A stretch of DNA of 64,000 nucleotides from the NCBI GenBank assembly GCA_051294375.1, contig CM119265.1, forward strand, positions 20,556,221 to 20,620,220, given 5' to 3'. The DNA comes from Paraspadella gotoi (Eukaryota; Animalia; Chaetognatha). Each line of letters starts with the position of its first letter. Position 1 is the stretch's first letter. The position numbers and the translations under genes are program-made. The notes under the pieces were generated by a model that saw only the letters and a program-made list of their open reading frames with translations, did not search any database and was not told the DNA's origin. Positions 27,401 to 41,912 of this stretch are shown here, piece after piece.

Positions 27401-30017
27401 CTCCTCCTCGTTCTCTCGTCTTGATTTATGGTGCAGATTTAAAATCCTGTGGATAGACAGAGACTCTGACCCATGCGAAGAGGGCGGAGGGGGTGAAGGG
27501 TAGTGGAGGGTAGTAGATGGAGTGGGCGGTGTGGGCGAGGCTGCAGTTGTTGGGCGAGCGGTGAAGGGGGCGGCAGAAAAGGGTAAGGTGGCTGGTTGGG
27601 TCAAATTGGGTGAAGGAAGGGTCGAGGGTTCGAGACGTCGATAACTTTTGACGCCACTTGTTTTGCTCGTTTGACGCGATGCCGGTGGCGCCGAATCTCC
27701 ACCGTTGAAAGCGCCCTCTACCGAATTTTTGACGCCGGACTAAACCGGAAGAATCGGTGTTTCAGATGGCGTCGTTTTATTGTTAATGGATTAACTGTCA
27801 CCTTTTGGAGCATTACTAATCCAAATCAATACGTATTTGCCTCTGAAGTTAAGAGTCTCTTCTCATTGAAGAGAGAATTTCCATCCTTTTCTCGATGACG
27901 CACAATCCCTGCTCTTCCATTCTTCTTTCCTTCTTTCGTCGCCCATCGTCAAACTCATCGGCCTCGTTTTCGTTGCTAAGGAGCCGTAACGGACGCGAAC
28001 AAACGCGTCGTCGTTGCTAAGGACCCAAATATGTTGGTTTTAGAATATGACGCCCACGCCTTGTCGCTCGGTGACGATATGAAGAGTGAGAGAGAGGGAG
28101 AGAGAGAGAGAGAGAGAGAGGAGAGCAGAGAGGGAGAGAGTAGAAGAGAGGAGAGAGAGAGAGAGAGATATGAACGAACCGTTGTCCGTCATGCTCCTTT
28201 CCGTCACGCTCTTTTTGTCTCGCTCGTATTTCGACACGCTTTCATCCGCCACGGTTTTTTTGTCACGGTTGTCGCGTCGTTCTCGGCGCTTCCGCCGTGA
28301 CGGGCGTGTCGAAAGCGCCACGCGAGAGCCTCCGCGACGTGGACCATGACGTCATAATCGAGGGACGTCAAGCGTAACTCTTTTTTTTGGTTGGGGGGGG
28401 AGGTGAAAAAATTGGGGACGGGGAGCGTCGACTGTCGGGAAATTCGGAGATGAAATAGTTGAGAGACAGCGATATGACGATGCTATGATAGAGCGAGCTA
28501 ATGACGGATTGACGAAATACTCATTGCTCTCTCTCCTCTTCTCTTCTCTCTCATCTCCTCGTCTCTCTGCTCTCTCTCTCTACTCCTACTCCTTCTCTCT
28601 CCTCTCTCTCTACTCTTGCTTCCTCTCATATCTACATAAAATTGTACACGACTACTTCAATGCACCATNNNNNNNNNNNNNNNNNNNNNNNNNNNNNNNN
28701 NNNNNNNNNNNNNNNNNNNNAGAGAGAGAGAGATGGGGAGGGAGAGGTGGTGACGACAGGGTAAGATTGGTAAGTGATTCGCGTCCATATGATATGGGGA
28801 GTATTTAATATGGAAAGGATAATAGGAGGACGATGTGACATGATCCGAGGAGAGAGGTGAAGATTTGCGAAGCGAAAAAACTAATTATGCGAAAGATTCG
28901 ATATTATATTGGCGGAGGAGGAAGAGGAGGAAGAAAACTAAGAAGACAAAGAAAATAAAGAAAAGAGGAAAGAGAAAATTGTGGGTGGATACGGAAGAGG
29001 GCGTGGCCCGAGGCCTAATTCTTGACCGAAAGGGGAAGAGTGACCAAAAAACCGGTCGTCATTTTCGACAATCAATTCCGCCCTCAAATCCTCTTCCTCT
29101 TGCTTCTCCGCCCCGCCTCCTTCGACTTCTCCTCCTCCAATTTGAAACTTACTTTTTTAGACTCTACCATTTCCTTACCCATTACTATCTACCTCGATCA
29201 AATAGTATCAATCATCAAGTTTTCCTTACTCCCCTTTCACCCTCCCAATCATTTTCTCTCACTTTCGCCAAGCATCCCCCATCAAAACACCAATCAACTC
29301 GTCCTCGTACCCAAGCTACGATCGGCAATTCTTCATTCCGCAGCCCCCCCCCCCACCCGCCCCTTTTCTCTGTCTCATGCATCGATCTCGTTTTTATGAC
29401 GGCGATAACCCTACGTCATCCGGATTTCCGCCTATTGGCCTATTTACATCCGGGGTCTTTTTGTTTACATCCCTCGATTGCCTCGTAATCGGTTCGTCTG
29501 ATTTCGGCGGCCAAAGTCTCGCGCGCTTTTTTTTTTTTTTTCGTCTTCGAACGTAAATCAACGGGGAATGAGATGGAGGGCGAAGCGAGATTTTCCGAGG
29601 GCTTCGATCGAAAGCGGTTGTGGACAAAGCCATCGCTTTCTCTGATTCTGTGACTTTGTGATTTTTCTATAATTGCAAACTACTATCAAATCTCTTTATT
29701 GTTACTTCGTTGCATTTCTCTCCAGCCTCTTCGTTTTCTCCCTCGTGCCTTCAGCTCCATGCGACTCTTTCTTTCCTCGCACCAAAAAATATAGTTGATG
29801 GCTTTGGACAAACTTCGCCGTATGGACGAGTTTAGACCCTCGAGTCTCGACGCGGATAAATCGTCGTTGTCATCGTCGTCGTTGTCACTGTCGGCGTAGT
29901 CAGCGTCGTGATCATTCACCCATGTTCGAATTATGTGAACTCATACTCATTCCATGGATCACGCATGTTACACGCTCTCTCTCTCCTCTCTCTTTGGCCT
30001 CGTTGACGTTATTATTT

Positions 30018-30060
<43 letters not shown>

Positions 30061-31932
30061 GGGCTTTTTTTATTGTGAAATTGAAAGTGACACCTGATGA
30101 GCGTCGAGTGAGATACGATGTGAGACGACGCGAGTCTCCTTTCGAGCGAGACGCCGTCCAATNNNNNNNNNNNNNNNNNNNNNNNNNNNNNNNNNNNNNN
30201 NNNNNNNNNNNNNNNNNNNNNNNNNNNNNNNNNNNNNNNNNNNNNNNNNNNNNNNNNNNNNNNNNNNNNNGAGTGACTGAGTGAGGTTTGCCGATCGCAT
30301 TTTACGATGAGTTAAAAAGAGGAAGAAAACATTTAAATTTGATCTTGTTGGCCGTGGTTGCTTACGAGAGATTTCTATTCACCATACGGTTAAAATTTCG
30401 AATCAAGTTTTTTTTAAAAAGACTTTTAATGAAAAAATATTTTTCTTCATAGATTTCCCTATCTGAAACCTCAGCCCCTTCCCGTCCAAAAAAAAAAAAA
30501 AAAACACATCCGACGAGGGAATGCGGTATTGACAAGGGTTTTGATAACCCTTTCCCGAGCTTCGCAAAAAAAAAAAGAAGAGAGAAAGAATCGTGAAAAA
30601 TGGATTTTTCGCATCATTAATAAAAAAAGGCAAAAATTTATCTGCCCTCCATTAATCACCCTCAGTCGCTCCCTCAAATCTTTNNNNNNNNNNNNNNNNN
30701 NNNNNNNNNNNNNNNNNNNNNNNNNNNNNNNNNNNNNNNNNNNNNNNNNNNNNNNNNNNNNNNNNNNNNNNNNNNNNNNNNNNNNNNNNNNNNNNNNNNN
30801 NNNNNNNNNNNNNNNNNNNNNNNNNNNNNNNNNNNNNNNNNNNNNNNNNNNNNNNNNNNNNNNNNNNNNNNNNNNNNNNNNNNNNNNNNNNNNNNNNNNN
30901 NNNNNNNNNNNNNNNNNNNNNNNNNNNNNNNNNNNNNNNNNNNNNNNNNNNNNNNNNNNNNNNNNNNNNNNNNNNNNNNNNNNNNCCCCTTACGACGCCG
31001 GCCGCCTCGCCCTCTTTCGCAGCGCCCTCCGTCGACCCTCCCGTCTTTTGTTGTATCAAAACAAATTTCAAACAGAAGACAAAAATCTCCCGTTTTTTTT
31101 TTATGAAAAAAACATTTTTTTCTTCCTTTTTTTAAATTTGTTATTTTACTCTTTAATAAAAAGAGGAAAAGTTTGCGTCAAAATTTTTTTTGACGAAAAA
31201 AGATGCCTCGGCGACGGCGTCTCTCTTTTTTTTAAGACGCGGGCGACGGAATGACGCGAGCGCCACTTCCGGTCTGAGTAGGCGGTTCCCTTGAAGGAGG
31301 TTTTTTTGAGAATTTGAGGAATTCGGTTTCAGCAGATACGAAGTCATTAGTAGAGAGATTTTTTTAAATTAATTCAGAAATTAAAGCCTTTTCTAATAAT
31401 TTTATAGAGTAATTTCATTCAAATTGATTTACTTTTTCAGAGATTGTTAAAAATTGTATCGTATTCTTTACGAAAGTTTGTTGTAGAAGCGAATAAATTA
31501 TCTTTGAGAAGTTTTTCTCTGAAGAAGATGAGTAGTTTTTTTCCTTCGCGAATCTCAGAGAAAGAAAATTGTCTGGGGACTTTAGTTCAAGGTGATGTCA
31601 AAAAAANNNNNNNNNNNNNNNNNNNNNNNNNNNNNNNNNNNNNNNNNNNNNNNNNNNNNNNNNNNNNNNNNNNNNNNNNNNNNNNNNNNNNNNNNNNNNN
31701 NNNNNNNNNNNNNNNNNNNNNNNNNNNNNNNNNNNNNNNNNNNNNNNNNNNNNNNNNNNNNNNNNNNNNNNNNNNNNNNNNNNNNNNNNNNNNNNNNNNN
31801 NNNNNNNNNNNNNNNNNNNNNNTTAAAAATACACGTTAGATTTCATTTTAAAGTGAAACGTTGAAAAATGACGAAAAAAAAAAGAACTTGGAAATGTTTG
31901 CGGTAAGTTCGGCGTTGTTTCTAGCTTTTTCG

Positions 31933-31964
<32 letters not shown>

Positions 31965-34905
31965 GTCTCGACTTAACAATTTTATGACGCAGCAAAAAAA
32001 AAAAATAATAAAAATTTAAAATAAAAAGAATCGATTGAATAGTTTTTTTTTATTCGCTTGTCAACCTGAGTTCTCTTTTCTTCTCTTTTCTTCTCTTTTC
32101 TTCTCCTTCAAAAAGTCTTGNNNNNNNNNNNNNNNNNNNNNNNNNNNNNNNNNNNNNNNNNNNNNNNNNNNNNNNNNNNNNNNNNNNNNNNNNNNNNNNN
32201 NNNNNNNNNNNNNNNNNNNNNNNNNNNNNNNNNNNNNNNNNNNNNNNNNNNNNNNNNNNNNNNNNNNNNNNNNNNNNNNNNNNNNNNNNNNNNNNNNNNN
32301 NNNNNNNNNNNNNNNNNNNNNNNNNNNNNNNNNNNNAAAAAAAAGAAAAATTTGCTCCCGTGACTTTTTTTTTACTCCAGCGACGACGTTCGCTCCAACG
32401 ACCGCCAACCACCGCCCGTTTTTTAAACCCCGTCCGACCACTGCTTCCTCTCTGCTTTTGACTCCTGTCAGCGGGTCAAGCTTCATAAAACTCCTATTTG
32501 TTATTCGTCCTAAAGGNNNNNNNNNNNNNNNNNNNNNNNNNNNNNNNNNNNNNNNNNNNNNNNNNNNNNNNNNNNNNNNNNNNNNNNNNNNNNNNNNNNN
32601 NNNNNNNNNNNNNNNNNNNNNNNNNNNNNNNNNNNNNNNNNNNNNNNNNNGGGGGGGAAAGGGAAAGAAAAAAATTTGGATCAAAGAGACAAGAAAGAGT
32701 TTATAAATTACGAAATAGAACAGAAGTTTAGAAATAAAACCGGTTGAATAAATCTTTAATTAAAGNNNNNNNNNNNNNNNNNNNNNNNNNNNNNNNNNNN
32801 NNNNNNNNNNNNNNNNNNNNNNNNNNNNNNNNNNNNNNNNNNNNNNNNNNNNNNNNNNNNNNNNNNNNNNNNNNNNNNNNNNNNNNNNNNNNNNNNNNNN
32901 NNNNNNNNNNNNNNNNNNNNNNNNNNNNNNNNNNNNNNNNNNNNNNNNNNNNNNNNNNNNNNNNNNNNNNNNNNNNNNNNNNNNNNNNNNNNNNNNNNNN
33001 NNNNNNNNNNNNNNNNNNNNNNNNNNNNNNNNNNNNNNNNNNNNNNNNNNNNNNNNNNNNNNNNNNNNNNNNNNNNNNNNNNNNNNNNNNNNNNNNNNNN
33101 NNNNNNNNNNNNNNNNNNNNNNNNNNNNNNNNNNNGACGACAAAAAACCTTTTTTGTCGATTTTTTCAGAAATCTGTATTCTATTTTATTTTTATACTTG
33201 GAAGGGATCGAGATGAGACAAATAAATAAACCATATCTCAATTTGTATTTTTAAAAGTTTAAATTCGAGGAATTTAACAATTCTTTTTTTTTCTTTCGTC
33301 ATTGAAAATCTAACTCGACCAATCGGAGAGAATCTAAAGAGCGTCGTCGACGTAACGATGGGAATTCGGGAGATTGCATCACGAAAAAAAACCCTCACGT
33401 GTGAATGGTGGAGATAAAAATCATCTGATTGGTCCAGATCAAATCTTTCGATTGGTCGAAATCGGTTGAGATCTTATCTCCACTTTTATAAAGAGTTGAG
33501 AGATCGTCCGAGATTCGGTGCTTCTCTCGCGTCCGACCGAAATTCCCAAAGAGACGTCGTCATCATCATCGTTATCGTCGTCGTCGTCGTCGTCGTCGTC
33601 GTCTCTGTCCCTGTCGCCATCAACTGCAATCAGCATCCTATTCACAGTTGGGAAGCAACCATTGAAGATTTTCCGCAATACGTGTTTTTCTCTCTTCTCT
33701 CTCTCCTCTCCGTCTCTTCTCTCTCTCTCCCTCTCTCTCTGGCTCTCTCTCCTCTCTCTCGAATCCCCCATCCCTTCTCTCTCTCTCTCTCTCTCTCATC
33801 TCTCAGCTCTCTCTTCCCTTCCTCATTTCCCCTTCTTCTCCGTATTACCACCTAACTTTTCCGCTCCTACTCCTATTTTTGTAGCATGCTCCAGATCCCC
33901 AGTATATAGTAATGACGTTTTTCATTATTCATAAACAAACAATTGTTGACTGGAATTCTTGATAATTCACTTCGGCAAACGTGATTCTTCCTCTTCGTCT
34001 CTCCCCTTTTCTCATTCCTCCCACCTTCACCTTTGCTAGCAAAAAAAAATAGAAAAGAGAAATAGTCAAAAAGAGAGATAGAGAGAGAGAGAGAGAGAGG
34101 GGAAAAAAAAGAGGTTTCGTTGTTATTGCAGGTTTTATGCTCTTTTTTTATTGCTTCCTTCCCCTCGTTTCTTTTGTTTCTTCCTCAACGGTTCGCCCTC
34201 GTTTTCGCCCTTTGCCGCCAGATGTCGGTTTCTTCGAGCTCAAGTTTTTTTTTTGTAAAATAAAAGAACGTTTCTCGGGCGAACGGGAATCGAGGTGATT
34301 GAAAGAGACGAATCACCAGAGTCGTTCACTGACGGGTTCTCTCCTTGTCGGGAAGAACAGGATTGGCTTCAGCGCCACCAGTTAATTGACGGATAATTCC
34401 GCGTGAGACCCCTACGATCATACCAGTCCGATTTCAAAAAGATTATTCTCTAAACTCGATTTCGAGATGATCCGTTTCTATCACCGATTTTTACTTTCAC
34501 TCTTGTCTCAGATTGCATAGTCGCACAGTCGCACAGTCGCACAGTTGCGCAGTCGCGTCGTCACGGTTTTTCAAAGCGTGAAATGTTGTGGTTTCCGGTC
34601 GGATGCTGACGGAAACTCAAACTTGGTTCTTTGCCACGATTTTCATTCGCGTGAAGAGTTTAGCGCAACAAAAAAGTGAAGCCATTTGACGAGGGGAAGG
34701 GGGGAAGGAAGGGGGGGAAGTGGGAGGCGCGGGATGAGGGGAAGAATATATATGAGTTATATAAAAGAGATTACTTAATGATAAGGAATTATGGTGTTTC
34801 ATTCTTGTCATTTCTTAGACTTTCTTTTTATTTTCAATTTTAAACAAATATTAAAATCAAAAATTTAAGAAGAAAAATCTTTGACGAAAAAGAAGCAATC
34901 CTCAC

Positions 34906-34972
34906 CGCCATATCTTGCCTTGCCGCCAAGTTCATGCCATGTCTTGCCTTGTCGTAAACTTCATGCCATGTC
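34906..34972. repeat. About 29-bp tandem repeat, about 2.3 copies
   Basis: GCCATRTCTTGCCTTGYCG...TTCAT repeated. Confidence 0.75.
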
Positions 34973-35055
34973 CTTCGACGAAAAAGAATGGATTCGTAAT
35001 TGTCGAGGCTAAAAATAGTTTTTACTTTCCTTCTTACCTCATTTCTTTTCACGCA

Positions 35056-35093
<38 letters not shown>

Positions 35094-36079
35094 NNNNNNN
35101 NNNNNNNNNNNNNNNNNNNNNNNNNNNNNNNNNNNNNNNNNNNNNNNNNNNNNNNNNNNNNNNNNNNNNNNNNNNNNNNNNNNNNNNNNNNNNNNNNNNN
35201 NNNNNNNNNNNNNNNNNNNNNNNNNNNNNNNNNNNNNNNNNNNNNNNNNNNNNNNNNNNNNNTCTCTCTCTCTCCCCCGCGTCTCTGTCTCCATTCAACT
35301 TTCCATTTCCCGATTTTCAAGGCGACTGAATTCCATCTTCGCCCGAGTCGACGTCGTCTCTAGACTTCCTTTTAGAAACGCAAAAAAAAGTCCGAATAAC
35401 TTCGAAGAAAAAAAAATAGAGAGAGAGGCCACGGATTTATTAATATTTTCATTTTTTTTGACAATCCGGCCTTTTTTTCCTTTTTTTTTTCTCGCATCTC
35501 CTTTTTGATTTCCTCGTTGACTCTTCTTCTTTTTCCTTTTTCCTTTTTTTTCTTTCCCTCCTTTTCCACTTCTCTCCTTCTTTCCTGGCTTTTCTTTTTC
35601 ATTATCATTTACATCCAATTTTAATCCATTCTTTTTTCTGGTTACTCTCGTATAGTTTTCTTTTTTATTTTCTCTCTTTTCTTTGTCGCTTTTCCTTGAC
35701 TCATTACTCTTTCCTTTTTCTTTTCCTCCCCTTTTCCCCTTTTCCTTTTTCTCCTCGAAAAGAAAAGGTTAAAAAGTCTGGCGACTTTGGTCTCCTCGAC
35801 GTCTTCGTTGTTGTTGTCGTCGTCGTCGTCGTAGTCGTCGTCGTTTGTGTTTTTTGTTGCACGAAATCGTTTTTCAATTTCTTTTGTTTTTCTCCTCTAA
35901 AAAGTCGCGACCCTTCCTTCCCTCTCTCTCTCTCTCTCTCCTTCTCTCGCTCTTCCCTCTCTCTCTCTCATCTCATCTCTCTCTCTCATCTCTCTCTCCC
36001 TCCTCCTCCTTCTCTCTCTTTCTCTCCTCCTCTCTTCTCATCTCTCTCTTCTCGATTTTTTATTCTTCAGAGTGACGGA

Positions 36080-39000
36080 AGTCGTTGCGCGCGCAAAGGT
36101 GGGAGTGTCGTCGTTAGTGACGTCAGATTGATTCGACAGGAGGCGATAACGATACCGGCAAACGAGAGCGTTTTAAACGAGCGTGCGAGTGTTTAAATAT
36201 TGACTGTTGGTTCAGCGAGCGCTGTCGATAGTCCAACCCTCACGCGCAAGAGTCGCGCCGCTTCCAGACGTCTCCAAGACTTTTCTCGATAATGAATTAG
36301 GGCCGCAACTGCAGCTTACCCATCGTCCAGAGTTCGTCGTTCTAGATTTTTCCTTACCCTGACTCTGTAACTTACCGCATCACTCACCCAGTGTTTCACT
36401 CAAAACTCGGGTCCTTGCGCTTCGTCTTCTTCTATAAACTTACCTAAATCTCCCTCGCCACTCTTCATCAGTCCTTTTCAACTCCTTACCCCTCTTCCTC
36501 AAACCCCCCTCCCCAAAAAAAATCCTTTACCCTACTCTCCCCTCTTCCTCTTCCCCCCCCCAAGAAATCCTCTTGAATATGGTTCACCCCGGTTCCCATC
36601 AGACGAAAACTCATTTGAATTTTAAAGAAACTGAGAGACTGACGATTAACGTCGCGAGATTTTGAAGACTTGAGCAATGACGTCGCCAAGAGTTTGGCGG
36701 AAGAAACCGGATGTGTGATTGAGAGTTAGGTGAGTAGTCGTGTAGTTTTATGGAGGCTGGTGAATAGTGTAGTAGAATATAAAGTATATTATTATTATTC
36801 TGAATCTAAAATCTGTAAACATTCCGCTGTATTAATGGAATCAGCCATTAAAAAATATTTGAGTGAAAAAATTAAAATCCATTTTATTTTTAAACAATCA
36901 TTAAAAGAAAGCAAGTTTTAAAATTTTGCAATATTAGCTTTATTAATTTCAGCCCGAGGATCATGGGTTTTTTTAATCGTCAAGCGCGTTGTCGAGTAAT
37001 GCGTCAGCGATTTATAGAATTCGATGGGACGTCTGAATATTACCGATTGAAAATTCCGAACTCCGTCATTCATGACGAAGATAAAAAACGCTTTTCATAT
37101 GCTTCTTTTGTCTCCTCTTAATTTTTTTTAGTTAGTTTTAACCAGTTAATTCTCAAAATGCAATAAAGGCTATAAACATGTGAATTAATAATGAGACAAC
37201 GGCTTGTTCTTTTGTTAAAAGAAAAATAAGTCCAAAACTCAACGCAAGTCAGCAAGAATGTGTTTCTCTCATGCAGTATTAGCAGATTTTTCATTCGAGA
37301 AAAATAATTTTAAAACATAAAGTAAAATATTATAAAATCCAGAAAAAACAGTTTTATAAATAAATAAAAAACTTTGTTTCAGCTCTTCAGAAGTTAACTT
37401 TGTGTCAAAGAGTCCATATTTGCATTGAATTATTTAATAAATATTAGTAAAATACCAACAATAACCATAATATTGAACTATAATAGGTGTAAACCCGTAA
37501 GATCATCGTATATATGAATAATCCAAAAAAATAAGAACATAGAATTAGAAATGCAAAAATATAATAAAACAAGTTAAAAGAACAACAAGAGGAGGATCAA
37601 AGGGTCGTAGTTTGTCGTCGTCGTCGCGTCACTGTCGTCGTCAATGTCGTCGCACGGATGCTGATTTCGCCCCGAGATAACGCCTCTCCCGACCCGTGAG
37701 GCGAGAAAATGGTGAAGGGGCGGAATTGAGGGGGTGGGGGGTCAGAGAGAGAGAGGAGCGAGAGGGTGAGATGGAGTCGAGATTCTGAGTTAGAGACAGA
37801 GTGGGACATCGGAGTATGGCCTCGATCATTTTGGCGCGAAAATATGCGAATCACAAATAACAATCACCGAGGAAATCACGAAAGGGTCTCGAGGGAATCA
37901 CTATTCACAAATTACGGTGCCTCGTGAGTCATGGACGGTGAAGGGCGGTGATAGGAGGAGGGAAACGTGGGGGAGAGTAAGGGGTAGGAGAGGGGCAGTG
38001 GAAGACGCGGAAGAAGGGTGTGAATATATTGTCAGGNNNNNNNNNNNNNNNNNNNNNNNNNACGAAGGTCGTTGCCGCGGCAAAGGGGAGGTGTCGTCGT
38101 TAGAGTGACGTCCAGATTGATTCGACAGGAGGCGATAACGATACCGAGCAAACGAGAGCGTTTTAAACGAGCGTGCGAGTGTTTAAATATTGACTCGTTG
38201 GTTCAGCGAGCGTGTCGATAGTCCTAAACCCCCCTGCCGCAAGAGTCGCGCCGCTTCCCAGACGCTCTCAGACTTTTCTCGATAATGAATTAGGGTCCGC
38301 AACTGCAGCTTACCCATTCGTCCAGAGTTCGTCGTTCTAGATTTTTCCTTACCCCTGACTCTGTAACTTACCCCGCATCACTCAACCCAGTGTTTCACTC
38401 AAAATCGGGTCTTGCGCTTCGTCTTCTTCCTATAAACTTACCATACAATCTCCTCTCGCCACTCTTCATCAGTCTCTTTTAACTCCTTACCCCTCTTCCT
38501 CAACTCCCCCCCCAAAAAAAATCCTTTACCCTACTCTCCCCTCTTCCTCTTCCCCCCCCCCCAAGAAATCCCTTGAATATTGGTTCCATCCCCGGTTCCT
38601 CCATCAGACGAAAACTCATTTGAATTTTAAAGGAAAACTGAGAGACTGACGATTAACGTCGCGAGATTTTGAAGACTTGAGCCAATGACGTCGCCAAGAT
38701 TTGGCGGAAGAAAAACCCGGATGTGTGATTGAGAGTTAGCGTGAGTAGTCGTGTAGTTTTATGGATGTGCTGGTGAATAGTGTTAGTATGAATATAAAGT
38801 ATATTATTATTATTCGAATCTAAAATCTGTAAACATTCCGCTGTATTAATGGAATCAGCCATTAAAAAATATTTGAGTGACAAAAATTCATAAAAATCCC
38901 ATTTTATTTTTAACAATCATTAAAAGAAACGCAAGTTTTAAAATTTTGCAATATTAGCATTTATTAATTTCAGCGCCGAGGATCATGGGTTTTTTTAATC

Positions 39001-40110
39001 GAGTCAGCGCGTTGTCGAGTAATCGCGTCAGCGATTTATAGAATCTCGATGGGACGTCTGAATATTCCGATTGAAAAATCCGAATCTCCGTCATTCATGA
39101 CGAGATAAAAAACGCTTTTCATATGCTTCTTTTGTCTCCTCTTATTTTTTTTAGTTAGTTTTAACCAGTTAATTCTCAAAATAGCAATAAAGGCTATAAA
39201 CTGATGTGAATTAATAAATGAGACACGGCTATGTTCTTTTGTTAAAAGCCAGAAAATATAGTTTCCGAAACTCAACGCACGATGTCAGCACCGCGCAAGG
39301 AACCAAACAAATGTGATCATTTGTTTCTCTCATGCATTTATTAGCAGATTTTTCATTCGTAGAAAAATAATTTTAAAACATAAAGTAAAATATTATAAAA
39401 ATCCAATAATTTGACTATTGAATTTAAATTTAAATATTCTTTTTTCTCTTTGCAGGTTCGAACGTTATTCGTCTCTGGGCTCCCTATGGATGCAAAACCA
39501 AGGGAATTGTACCTTCTATTCCGAGCCTATAAGGTGAGTTAAACCCGTCAGATCATCGTAATTGAATATCCTCAGCACAAAATAAAATCGCCATACGATG
39601 CCTAATTACGACAATCGTTCTTAACGGTAATGAGAAAGGCAAACAAAGAGGAGGATCAAAGGGTCGTAGTTTGTCGTCGTCGTCGTCACTGTCGTCGTCA
39701 ATGTCGTCGGCACGGATGCTGATTTCGCCCCGAGATAAGAGCCTCTCCCGACCCGTGAGGCGAGAAATGGGTGAAGGGGCGGAGTTGAGGGGGTAGGGGG
39801 TCAGAGAGAGAGAGCGAGCGAGAGGGTGAGATGGAGTCGAGATTCTGAGTTAGAGACAGAGTGGGACATCGAGTATCGGCCTCGATCATCTTTGGCGCGA
39901 AAATATGCGAATCACAAAATCACCGTATCACCGAGGAAATCACCGAAAGGGTCCTCGAGGGAATCACTATTCACAAATTCACGTTGCCTCGTGAGTCATG
40001 GACGTGAAGGGCGGTGATAGGAGGAGGGGAAACGTGGGGGAGAGTAAGGGGTAGGAGGAGGGGCAGTGACGACAGCGTGAAAGAAGAAAGGGTGTGAATA
40101 TATTGTCAGG
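36080..40110 (+). repeat. Tandem duplicate pair: about 36080-38036 and about 38062-40110
   Basis: Colinear, separated by a 25-N gap (38037-38061). In the first copy the exon A region (about 37380-37560) is garbled to A/T-rich sequence. Confidence 0.9.
39456..39533 (+). CDS. cpo: couch potato/MEC-8/RBPMS-family RNA-binding protein, coding exon A (start of RRM1, RNP2)
   Basis: T-rich tract + TGCAG acceptor, AAG|GTGAGT donor, 78 nt, phase 0-0. Translates [26 protein letters not shown], the hallmark N-terminus of the Cpo/MEC-8/RBPMS RRM. Confidence 0.95.
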
Positions 40111-41635
40111 GTCCAAAAAATGACTTTTAAGATACGGGAAGTAAGAAACATTATTAAAAATTTTGACGATAAATTAAAATCACTATGAGCTAGTTCCGAT
40201 AGAGAATGAGAAAATGAGCCAGAGCTGACAGTAAATGAAAGTGAGGCTAACAGAGAATAAAGTTGGATGCGAGGAGCAAAGTTGCGTGATTCGCGGAGGC
40301 GCGATGAGTGAATAGGAGTGAATCCCTCTGGGAGATACTCGGGGGGGGGTAGAAGAGGGGGGACGTGTGATAGGCGATGTGAATCCAAGTGAAGATAATC
40401 ACTCGAAAACGTCTGTTGACAAAGAAGCGATCGACCGAGAGATAAAACACATTCGGTGCCGAGGTGTGGGAGGGGGGGGAGGGAGGGGCGGGGGAGAGGG
40501 GGGGGAGAGGGGAGGGGGTAGAAGGGAAAAAGGAGGTGGGGATGGAGGAAAGTGGAGGATGAAGGGAAAAGTGGAACTGAACCTGACGGTGAAAGGGATG
40601 ATTAGAAAAGAAAAAGGGGGGGCTGAATTTTAAAATATGAGGTGTAATTTTAATATGAATTTTAAGAGATGACAGAGATAGAGACGTAGCAAGAGTGAGA
40701 TGGAGGAGAAACGCGTTTGAACCCCTCNNNNNNNNNNNNNNNNNNNNNNNNNTAGGCAAGATAGCTATTATTAAATGAATGGAAATTTTAATTGTTGTAC
40801 CAATTCATAAGAATTCCAGCTCCTTTATTTTGATGCTAGTGCGAAAGTACATAAGATTTTTCCCGATCTAAGACTTAAGGGAGTGGTCTTTTCATTACAA
40901 TTAAAAACATTCTTTGAAATATTTTCCACTTTATTGAAGTAGGAAGCCAAGGTAATCTGGGAGTAGAATAAAACGGGACTGTGAGACGAGTCTTTGATTG
41001 AAAGCTTGGCAGGGGACCTGCTATTAATTACTCTGTAAGAGTGCATGGAGGCCCTTAAACCACCAAAGCCTGTCCAAAATCAGGGGCAAGATAGCTTATT
41101 TATTAAATGAATGGATAATTTTTTATATTGGTTGTACCAGATTTGCATAAATGATATTATCAGACATATTAGAAAACAAGAATTGTACGGATCACTTCAT
41201 TCTGTAAAGTATCAACGAAGGAAGGGAGGCTAATTTTCGGATTTTAATTTAAATTTTCTGATTATTTTTCTTGTTAAAAATAAGGATGAGAGAAAATAAT
41301 TCAATAATTATTATTAGAATCAAAACAACTATCACTTCGATCTTCTAATACTTAAAAACCTAAAATAACTGGATGATTTATATAATTCTACAGATTTTAA
41401 ATAAAATAGGCCAAGGACAGCAAGCCTTACAAAAAAGTGAACTTGTAGAATCGTTCAGGTGAGTTGCAAGATACAGAAACCTTAAGCTGATTGTCTTGAG
41501 GAGCCCAATCCCCCATTTTCTCCTTTCACAAGAGCTCACCGTTCGTTACTTTCCCTCCTTCGGGACGGTTTACAACCCTCGCGTTGTTTGGACTTCTCGT
41601 CTCTCTCTCTCTTCTCTCTCTCTCTCTCTCTCTCT

Positions 41636-41670
<35 letters not shown>

Positions 41671-41832
41671 CTCCCCCCCCTATGGAAGGGATGCTTCTCC
41701 AAACCCAACATATTCTTTCCTTTTCTTCCGCTTGATTAACATTTCGGTTTTCTTTCTCACGTCGGTTCGTCGTTCGTCGTCGTCGCGTTCGTCGTTCGGT
41801 CGTCGTCGTCGTCCTCTCTCTCTCTCTCTTCT

Positions 41833-41912
<80 letters not shown>

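Noticed and set aside
34518-34556. (AGTCGCAC)n repeat as a tandem GCAC site for the encoded protein
   Set aside because: Only three GCAC, about 4.9 kb from the nearest exon, and indistinguishable from a short simple repeat.
336-39400. Numerous ORFs of 60-337 aa in the six-frame track
   Set aside because: They are translations of (GA)n, (CT)n, (GAC)n, (CTTT)n repeats or N-runs (ERERER, SLSLSL, XXXX) with no domain-like sequence or consistent splice signals.
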